The position numbers were made by a program, and so were the translations under genes. A stretch of 64,000 bases of DNA from the NCBI GenBank assembly GCA_964629685.1, contig CAZVTT010000001.1:17877-81876 (forward strand). Reading direction: 5' to 3'. Below, one piece after another: positions 1 through 9,606 of the stretch. Within the stretch, counting starts at the first letter, position 1; each line of letters opens with the position of its first letter. The notes below the pieces were generated by a model, which ran no database searches, was not told the origin of the DNA, and saw only the letters and a program-made list of their open reading frames with translations. This DNA comes from an uncultured Gammaproteobacteria bacterium. GTDB taxonomy: Bacteria > Patescibacteriota > Microgenomatia > UBA10105 > UBA927.

Positions 1-73
1 CAACCACACAAGACTATGCATCCACAGGAAAAAGACTCGCAGGGAGTATCACCGTTCTTCACAGCAAGAAGCA

Positions 74-1285
74 CTACCGCGGAGGAAATTTAATATGCAC
101 CACCATCGCATTACTGAAGTCAGACCCACCACCGGATCTAGTCGTAACGCCATTTTGCCGTAGCTGCAACGCTAACCAACGAGAAACGTCCGCATCCGTA
201 ATCTCTTTTTGCGTTTTGGCTCGTTCGTTTTTCATATAAAATTTACCACCCTCAACTTCGACGTGTTCGTACCCGAATTGCGCTGTAATATTTAGCGCGG
301 AATCCAAGCCCAGCTTCCGCGAGGCTTTATATAATTTTAGAGTAGTATCTATCCGGTCAATCCAATCTTTTACCTGCATTCCGGTACCCACGGAAGCGAT
401 AAAATCCGCACCTAAATCTGAGGCTGATCGAGACATGGTCTGTAGAAACCGGGTAGGATCGCCCGCAAGCAGAGCCGGGTCGAATCGCCAGGCAGTAAAC
501 AATGTTACCGGTGCTGCTTCTCCCCGTTTCTGTTTATCGCTTAATTGTTGCAGAAATTTAAGTCCGTCAGATTTAACAGTCCTGGCTATATTAAGCGGAA
601 TACCTGCTTCTCGCAGATATTGAAAATTCAGTTTGGCTAATTCCAATGCGGATTGATCAGTATCTACCAGTGTAATAGCTTTGGGTGCCCTATATACATA
701 TGCCACGTTCCCGTCATGTAGTTCTACTCGTCCGTGCATTCCAAAATCAAGTTCGCCTGAACTTGCTCCTAGCCCGACCTGCACCATGGTTTCCGGAGAC
801 TGGGAATATCTTCCTGTGGCACGCAGAATTTCTGTCTGACGGATCGCGTCACCAACCGCCACATCTACCTGCTGAAATGCAAATCGGTTCATCCGGTCTG
901 TATTACCTAAAAATTCCACCAATGCTCCGCTCGTTGCCGGAAGCATCATCTTCACCATCACAGACTGCATTTCATCGTTACTAATCACCGGCCGTGACCG
1001 CACCGTCCCGTCAGCGGCATCCACGACAAACACCCCACGGGAATGAAGATACGCGGCGTTAGCCAAATCTCCCATATCGGATTCCATCAACACTCCCTGC
1101 TGGTATCGACGAAACGCGAAAGTGGCTGTAGCAGCTTCCTGAGCAACTGAACCATTAAAATCCCTGACAGTATGGAGTAAATACAGCATTAACTCTTGAG
1201 GCTCCTGTGGCAGCATCCGTACCTCTGGGTGAGCAAGAATACGCTCACGGACGCCGAGCATGTGTTCAGTCTGATCGTCTGACAT
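74..1285 (-). CDS. hypothetical protein (403 aa), no motif recognised
   Basis: Long uninterrupted ORF with coding-like composition; no catalytic motif recognised by eye. Confidence 0.5.
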   Translation of the reverse strand: MSDDQTEHMLGVRERILAHPEVRMLPQEPQELMLYLLHTVRDFNGSVAQEAATATFAFRRYQQGVLMESDMGDLANAAYLHSRGVFVVDAADGTVRSRPVISNDEMQSVMVKMMLPATSGALVEFLGNTDRMNRFAFQQVDVAVGDAIRQTEILRATGRYSQSPETMVQVGLGASSGELDFGMHGRVELHDGNVAYVYRAPKAITLVDTDQSALELAKLNFQYLREAGIPLNIARTVKSDGLKFLQQLSDKQKRGEAAPVTLFTAWRFDPALLAGDPTRFLQTMSRSASDLGADFIASVGTGMQVKDWIDRIDTTLKLYKASRKLGLDSALNITAQFGYEHVEVEGGKFYMKNERAKTQKEITDADVSRWLALQLRQNGVTTRSGGGSDFSNAMVVHIKFPPR

Positions 1286-1349
1286 AGTACGTCTCTACTA
1301 TATCAAGTGTATTTCGCGAAATAAAACATCTACCAGCGGAAAACGGTAT

Positions 1350-2375
1350 TTATTTCAGCCGGCCGAAGAAGAGTTGCCCTGCAGCGGTTTGGTGCACCTT
1401 AGATATGATTACGGAAACATCCATACCCACTTTATCTTTTGCGCTATCAACGATCACCATGGTACCGTCAGCCAAATAGCCGACTCCCTGTTCCCGTTCT
1501 TTTCCTTCGTGGGTAATTTTTATCGTCAATTCTTCACCGGGAATAATGGACAATTTCAAAGCCTGCGTCAGATCGTTCACATTCATTACCTTAACCCCAT
1601 GTGCCCGGGCAAGCTGTGCCAAATTAAAATCAACTGTCATCAGTTTGGCTTTCCAGAATTTAGCCAGTCCCAATAATTTATGATCTACTTCTTTTACGTC
1701 TTCTACATCATCTTTTATGGTTCTGGTCTTTACTTGTTCATTGGCTTTCTGGGCTTTTAATTTCATAACTACTTCCAGTCCCCGCCTGCCTTTTGCTCTC
1801 CGCAGCGAATCGCTGCTATCGGCAATATGCTGCAACTCGCCCAGTACAAACTCCGGGATTAAAAGTGTGCCCGCCAAAAAATTACTGTTCACAATGGGAA
1901 GCAGTCTGCCATCCACTAAAACACTCGTATCTACCAGCATGAGGTTATTTCCTTCGGGCGTGGGAATCTCTTTAAAATCTTCCAAATCCACATCGCGGGA
2001 AAACGGCCGCATCTTTCCGATTGTGGAAAGACTTCGGACCACTTCAAAAGCCACCATCCTGGCAAACTCGGCAGGATTAGTCGGCTGTTTCGGTGAACCT
2101 GCCGGCGCCACTTTCCCATTCTGCGTAGCTTTCTGCATGCTGGTAAATGTCTTGGGGTCTATTATCTGCTCAGACTCGACCGGAGCCTTGCTTGCAGCTT
2201 TTGGAAGAAATTTCTGTTCAGTTTTCGGTTCGGTATTTGTCTCAGTCTTATGCTCAGTCGGAGCGGCTGTGGCAGCAGTCGTAGCCGATCGTTCTGCCTG
2301 CTTACGGTTAGATACCGGAGCAGCAGAACGAGGTGAATTCTGCTTTTTCATTCTAACTATTGTAGCATAAAACAC
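1350..2375 (-). CDS. PIN/TRAM domain protein (YacL-like), with low-complexity Ala/Thr/Lys-rich N-terminus
   Basis: Central PIN-like segment (VDTSVLVDGRL...ELQHIAD). C-terminal TRAM-like beta domain (GVGYLADGTMVIVDSAKDKVGMDVSVIISKVHQTAAGQLFFGRL). True start may be the internal Met (MKKQN). Confidence 0.6.
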   Translation of the reverse strand: MFYATIVRMKKQNSPRSAAPVSNRKQAERSATTAATAAPTEHKTETNTEPKTEQKFLPKAASKAPVESEQIIDPKTFTSMQKATQNGKVAPAGSPKQPTNPAEFARMVAFEVVRSLSTIGKMRPFSRDVDLEDFKEIPTPEGNNLMLVDTSVLVDGRLLPIVNSNFLAGTLLIPEFVLGELQHIADSSDSLRRAKGRRGLEVVMKLKAQKANEQVKTRTIKDDVEDVKEVDHKLLGLAKFWKAKLMTVDFNLAQLARAHGVKVMNVNDLTQALKLSIIPGEELTIKITHEGKEREQGVGYLADGTMVIVDSAKDKVGMDVSVIISKVHQTAAGQLFFGRLK

Positions 2376-2470
2376 CGATCTGAACCACCAAAAAAGGACC
2401 CGTTCTCCGTGCGTTCACGAATAAGGATCCTTGGGCAAATATCGTCAGTACAGTTCCGTCTCGCCTCAAA

Positions 2471-2563
2471 TTATCCCGGTCTTGGGAAAGGCCGGAATGA
2501 AGAGAGGCGAAACGGGGGCTGTCATGAAACAAAGACCGGATGGTCAATGTGTCGCCTCTCTTC
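2471..2563 (-). promoter_or_regulatory. conserved structured element, copy 1: 11-bp stem GAAGAGAGGCG/CGCCTCTCTTC plus conserved flanks. Lies in the 5' region of the PIN/TRAM gene
   Basis: Blocks TTATCCCGGTCTT, AAAGGCCGGAATGAAGAGAGGCG and CGCCTCTCTTC on the + strand. Near-identical blocks at 7502..7582. A second interleaved inverted repeat CCGGTCTT/AAGACCGG is present. Confidence 0.4.
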
Positions 2564-2583
2564 TTGGTGGTCTTCGATGTGTG

Positions 2584-2967
2584 TTAACGGCGATACTGCC
2601 CCAGATAGAGAAAAGTCAGAATCAAAGGGACAGACGAAAACATCGCCACGATGCCGGATGTAAGAACGATGCCGCCGGTATTTCCGAGGTAAAACAGCAC
2701 CAGATGTGCCGCCATCACCGAGAAAAGGACGAGCGCCAGTAGACCGGACAGGATGATGACATTGCTATTCTTCGGTTTCCCTATCACCGCGACAATCACC
2801 ACCGACTGGAAGACGAAGATAGTGATATAGGTGATAATGGCGTGGGTATTAGTGGTCAACCCGAATGTGTGCAGAATGGCAAGCATCAAGGCGATGGCTG
2901 CCGCGAGCAGAAGAGTGCGTTTCATGATGTAGCTCCTGTAAAAGTACGTTAGCGAGATTTGCAACAA
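2584..2967 (-). CDS. small integral membrane protein (about 4 TM), hypothetical
   Basis: 127 aa ORF with four hydrophobic stretches. Confidence 0.45.
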   Translation of the reverse strand: MLQISLTYFYRSYIMKRTLLLAAAIALMLAILHTFGLTTNTHAIITYITIFVFQSVVIVAVIGKPKNSNVIILSGLLALVLFSVMAAHLVLFYLGNTGGIVLTSGIVAMFSSVPLILTFLYLGQYRR

Positions 2968-3044
2968 CCATTATACTACTATAGGTCTTATTTGTCAAGC
3001 AAATCGAGGCTAATTTCTTCTTTTTTAGCTCACAAATCGCGAGT

Positions 3045-4808
3045 TTAGTGGTTACGGTGATATATCACATACGTTGGAAATTCATGCGAAATGGTAAAAA
3101 AACGCTCCATACCGATCCATGAGGGAGTTAAATCCACTAACCCAAAATACGGCAGCAACTGCCATTTTCGTTTCAGGATTACCCACTCTGCCCCACTATC
3201 CGCAATGATCTGAGCCATGGCACCATAATCCACCGGATATGTTCCCAACTGCAATTGCGAAAATGACAACGGATTTGTGCGTCCGGTTACGGCAAAAAAC
3301 GGGTCTTCTCCGGGCAAAAATGCTACCGGCTCATTTTTAGGAATGGTGGCATCGGCATACCGGAAAAGCTCTTCCATCTCCGTAATCCAGGTCCCATTTA
3401 CCGTTAAACCCCGTAATTTCCCGTCACGTGCAGTCTGCCTGGCGCCGTCCAGAGATACATACCGCTGGGCATCCTTCCGCAGTAAAGACATAGCCAGAAT
3501 TCCACAGAGGAACAAACTCCCCAACACGACGAAAACTGTCGTTTTCGTCGTCGGAAATATCCGTCTAAAGTCATGCACCGCAATAGCTGTCAAAATAACG
3601 AACAAAGGCCAAAGACCATAGGCAGAACCGACGACATGGTGCGATAAGTAGGTGGCATTAGCCGCCAAAACTATTGGCAACGGAATCAAAAACCCCAACA
3701 TGTGTGCTGATCTGGTAGTAACAAATCTGAACACCATTTGGATTATCGTAACAATATAAACACTGATAAATGCGTAAAGAACAATAATTGTATACAAATG
3801 TATTTCCGGAGCACGAATTACCAATAAATACATATAATGAATGACTACCGCCATCATCGCCAGAAAAATTCCCAATGACAGTATCCGGATTTTATGGGTA
3901 GCGGAAGGACCTGCATCGGAGCCGGCCATTTTTTTGACCAGCTCCAAACTCACTGCCCCCAGTAAAAATGCGGCAAAATGCAGTGAACCGTCCCGCAGTA
4001 AAGAAAAATACCGCAAATACTCTCCACGTATGGCTTTCAATTCAATTTCAGGCGATTTCATAACCCGGGGAAATTCGATAGTTTGCCGGATAAACGGCAT
4101 AAACGCCTGCTGACTAATCAACCATCCCACAAAAGCTGCCAACGTCAGTACGACCCCTCCGAAAAACACGATAAATAGCACGAAATCGTTTCGTTTTCGC
4201 CACCGGAGTGCCCATACCCCAACTACGGAAAAAAATCCCGCCAGGTATGCTGCACCGGTATTCTGCTTAAAAAAGACCGGCACGGTCGCCATCACGCCCA
4301 GCGGGACATACCACCACCACCGTCGTGGTCTGTCCGTAATCACCAAAAACAACCATATATGAAACACAATCGCTGCCACACACCAGATGTCATACAACGG
4401 AAACGGATAAATCACATGCCCGGTAAATAACAGTGGTAACAATAATGCGCCCTGAATGATCGGATCTTTTATAAATCGTTTAATGACAAAAAATGTGGTT
4501 ATGACGGTAAAAAACGACACGAACATACACGCAAACACTAAAGGTATATGCGAGTAGCCGCCATAAAGTTTCATTACGAAAGCTGTCAACAGATACGTTC
4601 CCGGAGTAAGTACCAGGAAAAAATCCCGATATGGCATCTGACCAAGAAAAATTCTGTATGCGTTTTCCACCTGATATGCATAATCTACCAGCGGCGTTGC
4701 AGTAAGCGATTGCCAGGCTGTCATCACGCCGGCAGCTAATCCCAGAACAAGTGTCAGTAAAAACGATTTAGTCGGACGGAGATGACGAAATGGTGTTGCG
4801 GACAGCAT
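3045..4808 (-). CDS. polytopic membrane protein, GT-C fold (ArnT/PMT-like) glycosyltransferase-like
   Basis: 587 aa with at least 10 predicted TM helices. Arg/Asp-containing first loop (YRDFF) and a large periplasmic C-terminal domain, typical of GT39/GT83-type enzymes. Assignment by architecture only. Confidence 0.4.
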   Translation of the reverse strand: MLSATPFRHLRPTKSFLLTLVLGLAAGVMTAWQSLTATPLVDYAYQVENAYRIFLGQMPYRDFFLVLTPGTYLLTAFVMKLYGGYSHIPLVFACMFVSFFTVITTFFVIKRFIKDPIIQGALLLPLLFTGHVIYPFPLYDIWCVAAIVFHIWLFLVITDRPRRWWWYVPLGVMATVPVFFKQNTGAAYLAGFFSVVGVWALRWRKRNDFVLFIVFFGGVVLTLAAFVGWLISQQAFMPFIRQTIEFPRVMKSPEIELKAIRGEYLRYFSLLRDGSLHFAAFLLGAVSLELVKKMAGSDAGPSATHKIRILSLGIFLAMMAVVIHYMYLLVIRAPEIHLYTIIVLYAFISVYIVTIIQMVFRFVTTRSAHMLGFLIPLPIVLAANATYLSHHVVGSAYGLWPLFVILTAIAVHDFRRIFPTTKTTVFVVLGSLFLCGILAMSLLRKDAQRYVSLDGARQTARDGKLRGLTVNGTWITEMEELFRYADATIPKNEPVAFLPGEDPFFAVTGRTNPLSFSQLQLGTYPVDYGAMAQIIADSGAEWVILKRKWQLLPYFGLVDLTPSWIGMERFFTISHEFPTYVIYHRNH

Positions 4809-4836
4809 AGCTCTTTCCGTAAAACGAACCTGCGGG

Positions 4837-6078
4837 TCAATATTTTACTTTTTTCGGAATAGGTATATTTTGATTTCGGCAAATCATGGCTACATTCCAG
4901 CACAACAAGCCCAGAATCGGAAATGCCTTGAGTATCATCTGATCAAATCGTTCCAACGGTTTATACAACCACTCCCACGACTCCGCCTCTTTAATAATAG
5001 ACTTCCAATACCGCTCTTTATTGGGGTTCCGACGCTGAACTACTGCCATTATTACAAAAATTACAAGCGTAGAAAGCCAAAACCACCGAATTTCGGCATG
5101 GGGAAATTCACGTTTAAATACGTCTATATCAGCCATGGTAAACGGCCGTTCGTCATGTGACCGGACGCTCGTTGCAATCCGCCGGTACACATTAATAATC
5201 GGATTGTAATGCAGCGGTTCCCACAGCACGAGTACTCCGGTCGGTTTTAAATATTTGTGTATTCCTGCCAGTGTCTTGGCTATATCGACATGATGAAATA
5301 CATTCCCGACATACACAATATCAAAGGAAGTTCCCGAAGGGAATTTCAATTGTTCCACCGAAGCCTGAACCGTACGGACCGAAACGTTGTAACGTTTGGC
5401 TAATCGCTGGACTACATCCAGCATGGGTTTTGATAAATCTACCGACGTCACCTTTGCACCCCGTAACGCAAAATAGACACTGGCTTCGCCCAGACCACAC
5501 CCTAAATCCAACACCCGCTTTCCCCGGATATCGGGCAACGACGCGTGAATAAAGCGTAACTCGGGCACGGTACAGACAGTATTACTGCGGACCACATCAA
5601 TGGTTTTCACATCAATACCTTCCGCCCAAACATCGGAAAGTTTTTCCTCATCTTCTATCTTGGCAATGGCCTGCTGACTAACAACCGTCGTGCTGCGGGA
5701 ACTCAGGGGAATATCCGCCAACCGGGCAATTGCACGAATCGTCTGTAAAAAAAATGCATCATTCTGTTTTCTGATGGCGTCTTCTCCAAACGGTAAATGC
5801 GTTTTTGCCTGTGCATCCCGGAATACTTCAGTATCTCCTCTGGTGTAATAGCGTACCGACTTCAGCGAAAATGTTGTAACGCCCCGTTTTGGGTATGTCC
5901 ATTTCACCCGGATAGTCTCACTATCAACGGGCGTAAACACGAATGAGTTCACAAATTTCTCCCAAACCTTATAGCGCTTTGGATCTATCTGCCTTTCCCG
6001 TTCTGCTAATCCTTTGGCTTGCAAGAGCAGGTGGTGAATAGCACTTTCAAAATATGGTTTCTTCGGCATAATTGTCAT
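4837..6078 (-). CDS. class I SAM-dependent methyltransferase with C-terminal membrane anchor
   Basis: Motif I VLDLGCGLGEASV. Acidic post-I SVDLS. Motif II/III IVYVGNVFHH...LKPTGVLVL. Hydrophobic helix near the C-terminus. Confidence 0.7.
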   Translation of the reverse strand: MTIMPKKPYFESAIHHLLLQAKGLAERERQIDPKRYKVWEKFVNSFVFTPVDSETIRVKWTYPKRGVTTFSLKSVRYYTRGDTEVFRDAQAKTHLPFGEDAIRKQNDAFFLQTIRAIARLADIPLSSRSTTVVSQQAIAKIEDEEKLSDVWAEGIDVKTIDVVRSNTVCTVPELRFIHASLPDIRGKRVLDLGCGLGEASVYFALRGAKVTSVDLSKPMLDVVQRLAKRYNVSVRTVQASVEQLKFPSGTSFDIVYVGNVFHHVDIAKTLAGIHKYLKPTGVLVLWEPLHYNPIINVYRRIATSVRSHDERPFTMADIDVFKREFPHAEIRWFWLSTLVIFVIMAVVQRRNPNKERYWKSIIKEAESWEWLYKPLERFDQMILKAFPILGLLCWNVAMICRNQNIPIPKKVKY

Positions 6079-6111
6079 TCTGAACTTGATTCAGAATCTC
6101 TCGTATAATTC

Positions 6112-7419
6112 TTATCCTTTATTTTTCTTTCTATTTTTACCATTTGTTGCTGACTTACCGTGTCCGGTTGCTTTGCGGAATCGTTGTTTCTTTTCGGTTT
6201 CCGCGAGGACAGTTTCCGCTGTAGAAACTAATTGTTCATACGTTAGGGGCCACGGTTTAGGGGGCGGCTTAGTTAAAAACGTCTGTATCCGCTGCAATTT
6301 AGCTTTCATAAACCGCATGGATATCGACATTTCCGGGTAACTCCCGTACATACACCCATGACAACCGCTGGTTATGGCGTACACGTCTTTTCTGAATACC
6401 TTGTCATAGTAGGCCTGGGGAAAATCATCCGCATATGTGTGCACCGACCGGGGTAACCGCCAGTCACAACACGGGGCAAAATCCCCGTTCGGCAGTACCG
6501 CAAAGTACAAATTAGGACTGTCACATACACCTTTATTTTTCCCTCTCCAGGTTGTCGGTTCATTCCGCACAAATCGCTTTATATCGTCCAGATACTGATC
6601 GCTGTCATACAGTAAAAATCCTGCTTCCCGCAGCGACCTCACGTTTTCAATTACCTCGTCAATTCCGGCAAATTCGTCCGGACGGAATCGTAAAGACTGG
6701 TCATATGTCCGAAAACCCAGCGGTTGAAAATGATCGGACACATGAATAGGCACCAGCGAGGTATACCATCCCACTCGGGTTCCGAAACGGATCACCCCTT
6801 CTATATCACGTAAATTATCCCGTTGCAGTACGCATCCGAACGATGCAAAGCTGTTTTCTTTAGGAAGATATTTAGAAAATATAGCGACAGACGCAAGCGC
6901 CCTGTTCCAGGAACGGACAAACCCGCCGTTAATTTCATCCTGAACCTGTGGTTTTAACGAATCAAGCGATATGGAAATATCATGACCGCCGTATTCTATG
7001 GATTTATGAATCTGTTCCTCTGTTGCCAGACCGTTTGTTTGCATGCGTACATGTATCCTCCGGGATTCAAACTCCCGGATTATTTCCGGCAAGTCCTGAC
7101 GTGTGTACGGTTCCCCACCGGTAAGCAACACCATTGCCACCCCAAGCTTGGCAAAATTTTCCGCTATACGTTTAATTTCTTCCAGGGTACACTCGCGCAT
7201 ATCCGCATTCGCGTAACGGATATTGCATTGTTTGCAGGTTAAATTACATCGCGCGGTGATATAAAACTGTACATACACCGGACGATCCTGTAATAACGAA
7301 GAACGGAGCAGCGTTCCCTGCGAAGTAAATGAAAAAAATCCTGACGGCCTCATAAGAACTGACTCATCATAAGCCGTACGGTTCACCTTGTAAACCCTGT
7401 TTATCCGCCTCCATTTCAC
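6112..7419 (-). CDS. radical SAM protein with SPASM/twitch-like C-terminal Cys cluster
   Basis: CNLTCKQC (Cx3Cx2C) followed by the GGEP glycine-rich motif. C-terminal CDSPNLYFAVLPNGDFAPCCDW...CHGCMYGSY auxiliary cluster cysteines. Confidence 0.75.
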   Translation of the reverse strand: MKWRRINRVYKVNRTAYDESVLMRPSGFFSFTSQGTLLRSSLLQDRPVYVQFYITARCNLTCKQCNIRYANADMRECTLEEIKRIAENFAKLGVAMVLLTGGEPYTRQDLPEIIREFESRRIHVRMQTNGLATEEQIHKSIEYGGHDISISLDSLKPQVQDEINGGFVRSWNRALASVAIFSKYLPKENSFASFGCVLQRDNLRDIEGVIRFGTRVGWYTSLVPIHVSDHFQPLGFRTYDQSLRFRPDEFAGIDEVIENVRSLREAGFLLYDSDQYLDDIKRFVRNEPTTWRGKNKGVCDSPNLYFAVLPNGDFAPCCDWRLPRSVHTYADDFPQAYYDKVFRKDVYAITSGCHGCMYGSYPEMSISMRFMKAKLQRIQTFLTKPPPKPWPLTYEQLVSTAETVLAETEKKQRFRKATGHGKSATNGKNRKKNKG

Positions 7420-7501
7420 AAAAAAGGCCCCGCATATACCGCATTGGTATAATTGGAGCCCTATTATCCGATAATATAAGAAAGTACGTAACCGCCCCTT
7501 A

Positions 7502-7582
7502 TTATCCCGATCCTTTTCGTAAAGACCGGAATGAAGAGAGGCGGTATACGGATTGGATTGGACATAAGGTCCACCCCTCTTC
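7502..7582 (-). promoter_or_regulatory. conserved structured element, copy 2 (stem GAAGAGGGGTGG/CCGCCTCTCTTC with G.U wobbles), upstream of the radical SAM gene
   Basis: Blocks TTATCCCGATCCTTTT and AAAGACCGGAATGAAGAGAGGCGG are 22/23 identical to copy 1. The partner strand CCACCCCTCTTC pairs only as minus-strand RNA (A-U to G.U and C-G to U.G changes). Confidence 0.4.
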
Positions 7583-7590
7583 GCAACGAA

Positions 7591-7938
7591 TCATGGAAAA
7601 ATCGGTAAAGCTTTATACGCAATTTGCCGTGCGTAAAAAAGGCACAGCAATCCGGTGGTAACCACAAAACCGATCGTGATACCGCTCCGGTAGGTTACGG
7701 GAAGCAGAAATTTTAACATCAAACCGAACGCAAGAACCACAAATCCGATTCCGCCTATGCGGATTGCCGCCGCAAAATATGGTGGCATTGGTGCCAGCCG
7801 GTGCAATATCGCCCGCAGTTCGCCGCCAAACAGCCGAATAAACAGCAAGGCAAACATGGCACCGATAAATATACCTCCTAACTGTTCAGTTCGGGGTGTT
7901 AATGGTATCCGGTAGAACTGTACAAACGCCAGCATCAT
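7591..7938 (-). CDS. small membrane protein, hypothetical
   Basis: 115 aa ORF with 3-4 hydrophobic helices; overlaps the next gene by 4 bp. Confidence 0.4.
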   Translation of the reverse strand: MMLAFVQFYRIPLTPRTEQLGGIFIGAMFALLFIRLFGGELRAILHRLAPMPPYFAAAIRIGGIGFVVLAFGLMLKFLLPVTYRSGITIGFVVTTGLLCLFYARQIAYKALPIFP

Positions 7939-8384
7939 GGATGTTTTTCCTTCCTGCCGAATTTATTGGCATACATCTGCATGACCAAGCCGATATTCAT
8001 CACGCCGCCGAACACGAGTCCGGTCAGAAACGAATTCGTCACGCTGAACAACATGAATATACCGATGACCGATATAACCATCCCGAATAACGACAAAGCT
8101 CCCCAGATTTCCTCAGAAAACCATGACTTGGCAATCCAACACATCCGAAGCGATAACGTAGCATAAACATAGGTTGCCACCATCGCCAGGACTACACCCG
8201 ACAATTGAGCGCTGTCTTTCAGGAGAAAAAATGCCACTACGAGGAATATCAACACAATGATGCGTTCACGCGGATAAAGGAATGTCCACAACGGACGTGC
8301 TGGCACGGATTGGGCGTGTTTTCGCATGATTCGATCCTCACTTTCAAGGTGCGACGTATTGTACGTCACGTTACAATCGGACAA
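7935..8384 (-). CDS. small membrane protein, hypothetical
   Basis: 149 aa ORF with 4 hydrophobic helices; 4-bp start/stop overlap with the downstream gene. Confidence 0.4.
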   Translation of the reverse strand: MSDCNVTYNTSHLESEDRIMRKHAQSVPARPLWTFLYPRERIIVLIFLVVAFFLLKDSAQLSGVVLAMVATYVYATLSLRMCWIAKSWFSEEIWGALSLFGMVISVIGIFMLFSVTNSFLTGLVFGGVMNIGLVMQMYANKFGRKEKHP

Positions 8385-8415
8385 TGGAGCTATTATACCC
8401 TATAAAACCGATATA

Positions 8416-9309
8416 TCACCGCTGCGAAATGGATTGATACAGAGAGAACATAACCGGTAACGATGAAGGCTGGGAAAATACGTGTACCAGCCGTAAACGA
8501 TCTTCGGGAGCAATCTGAGATACGTACTCCGCACGGGCATCCTGCAGCATCGTTAACGCCATAGGTGCAGTAGCACGAACATCGGCATAGGTAAGAGACG
8601 AAGCATCCTCACACAACGACTGCATCGCGTCCAACTCGCCTGTCTGCCGCAAGGCCGCCGTCATAGTACTTTCACAAGCATGTGTTAAATCGCTTTGCAC
8701 ATCAATAATGTCGTCAAACAGCTGCAAATTCGCCCCATACAGATATGCCAGTCTTCCTACCTGAAGTATTTCCCCATGATCCCGTTCCAGGAACAAGGCA
8801 GCCATTTGTGCGGAAGTAGCGGTCAAATATCCCGCTGCGTTTTCCCTCCAGGCCAACACTTCCGGAAATGGAAGCGTTTGCGCAGAATATCCGAACCGCG
8901 CCTGTAAATCATATTGTCGATACCGTTCAGCATTAACCAAAGAAAAAACTGCCAGTTTATACTCACGGCGTATCGGTGAGTCACAGACGGTCTGAATAAA
9001 TGAAGAAATAAGCGGTGACACGCTTTCATGCGTTTTAACCTCGCGGGGTGTTGGTAAACGCTCAAGCGAATCGGCCACATCATCATAAACTTGAAATAAA
9101 TTCACAAACCGACTCATCGTTTCCGGTAACCGGGTAGCCGAAACCGCAGTACGAGAAAGCCCCCACCTTCCCCGCAGCGCGTATAACCAAAAAGATGCCT
9201 GACGTTTCATCCGAAAGTCAGGGATATTCTCTTGGTAATTTCGCTTTTCCAGCATACCCATTACGCCGCCATATCCCATTGAGATTGCATTTTTTAATTC
9301 CGATAGCAT
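8416..9309 (-). CDS. isoprenoid (class I terpenoid) synthase-fold protein, putative
   Basis: Two Asp-rich motifs, YDDVAD (about residue 75) and FDDIIDVQSD (about residue 200), about 125 aa apart. This spacing matches polyprenyl/squalene-phytoene synthases. Otherwise unrecognised. Confidence 0.3.
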   Translation of the reverse strand: MLSELKNAISMGYGGVMGMLEKRNYQENIPDFRMKRQASFWLYALRGRWGLSRTAVSATRLPETMSRFVNLFQVYDDVADSLERLPTPREVKTHESVSPLISSFIQTVCDSPIRREYKLAVFSLVNAERYRQYDLQARFGYSAQTLPFPEVLAWRENAAGYLTATSAQMAALFLERDHGEILQVGRLAYLYGANLQLFDDIIDVQSDLTHACESTMTAALRQTGELDAMQSLCEDASSLTYADVRATAPMALTMLQDARAEYVSQIAPEDRLRLVHVFSQPSSLPVMFSLYQSISQR

Positions 9310-9606
9310 GCTGGAATTACACCATATTTCGCCTCAAAACTCAATTACTATAACGTATATATTATTTATTCATAAATATCATTATTTCCTATTTGAACTG
9401 TATTATTACTACTATTTCTTCGGATATGCTGGCAGTTTGACTTTTTACCTATCGTATGTTGTGATATTTACATGCTGAAAGTATTTTTTCCGCTCATGGT
9501 GCTTGTTTTTTTATTCCAAACCGCACACCCACTCCTGACATAAGGCTTCTTCGTTTGCCCGCACAGCCAATCTAAGGTATCCTCGTAATAAGGAAATGAG
9601 AGCGAA

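Noticed and set aside
1717-2370. 217 aa + strand ORF
   Set aside because: Antisense to the PIN/TRAM gene; low-complexity Ser/Ala/Phe composition mirrors the opposite-strand repeat.
2353-2547. Small minus-strand ORFs (64 aa here, 67 aa at 7464..7667) sharing an FHDS tetrapeptide, considered as RiPP precursors for the radical SAM enzyme
   Set aside because: The shared residues come from different, non-aligned parts of the conserved element. One uses a TTG start and both overlap the structured RNA-like motif, so a non-coding interpretation is preferred.
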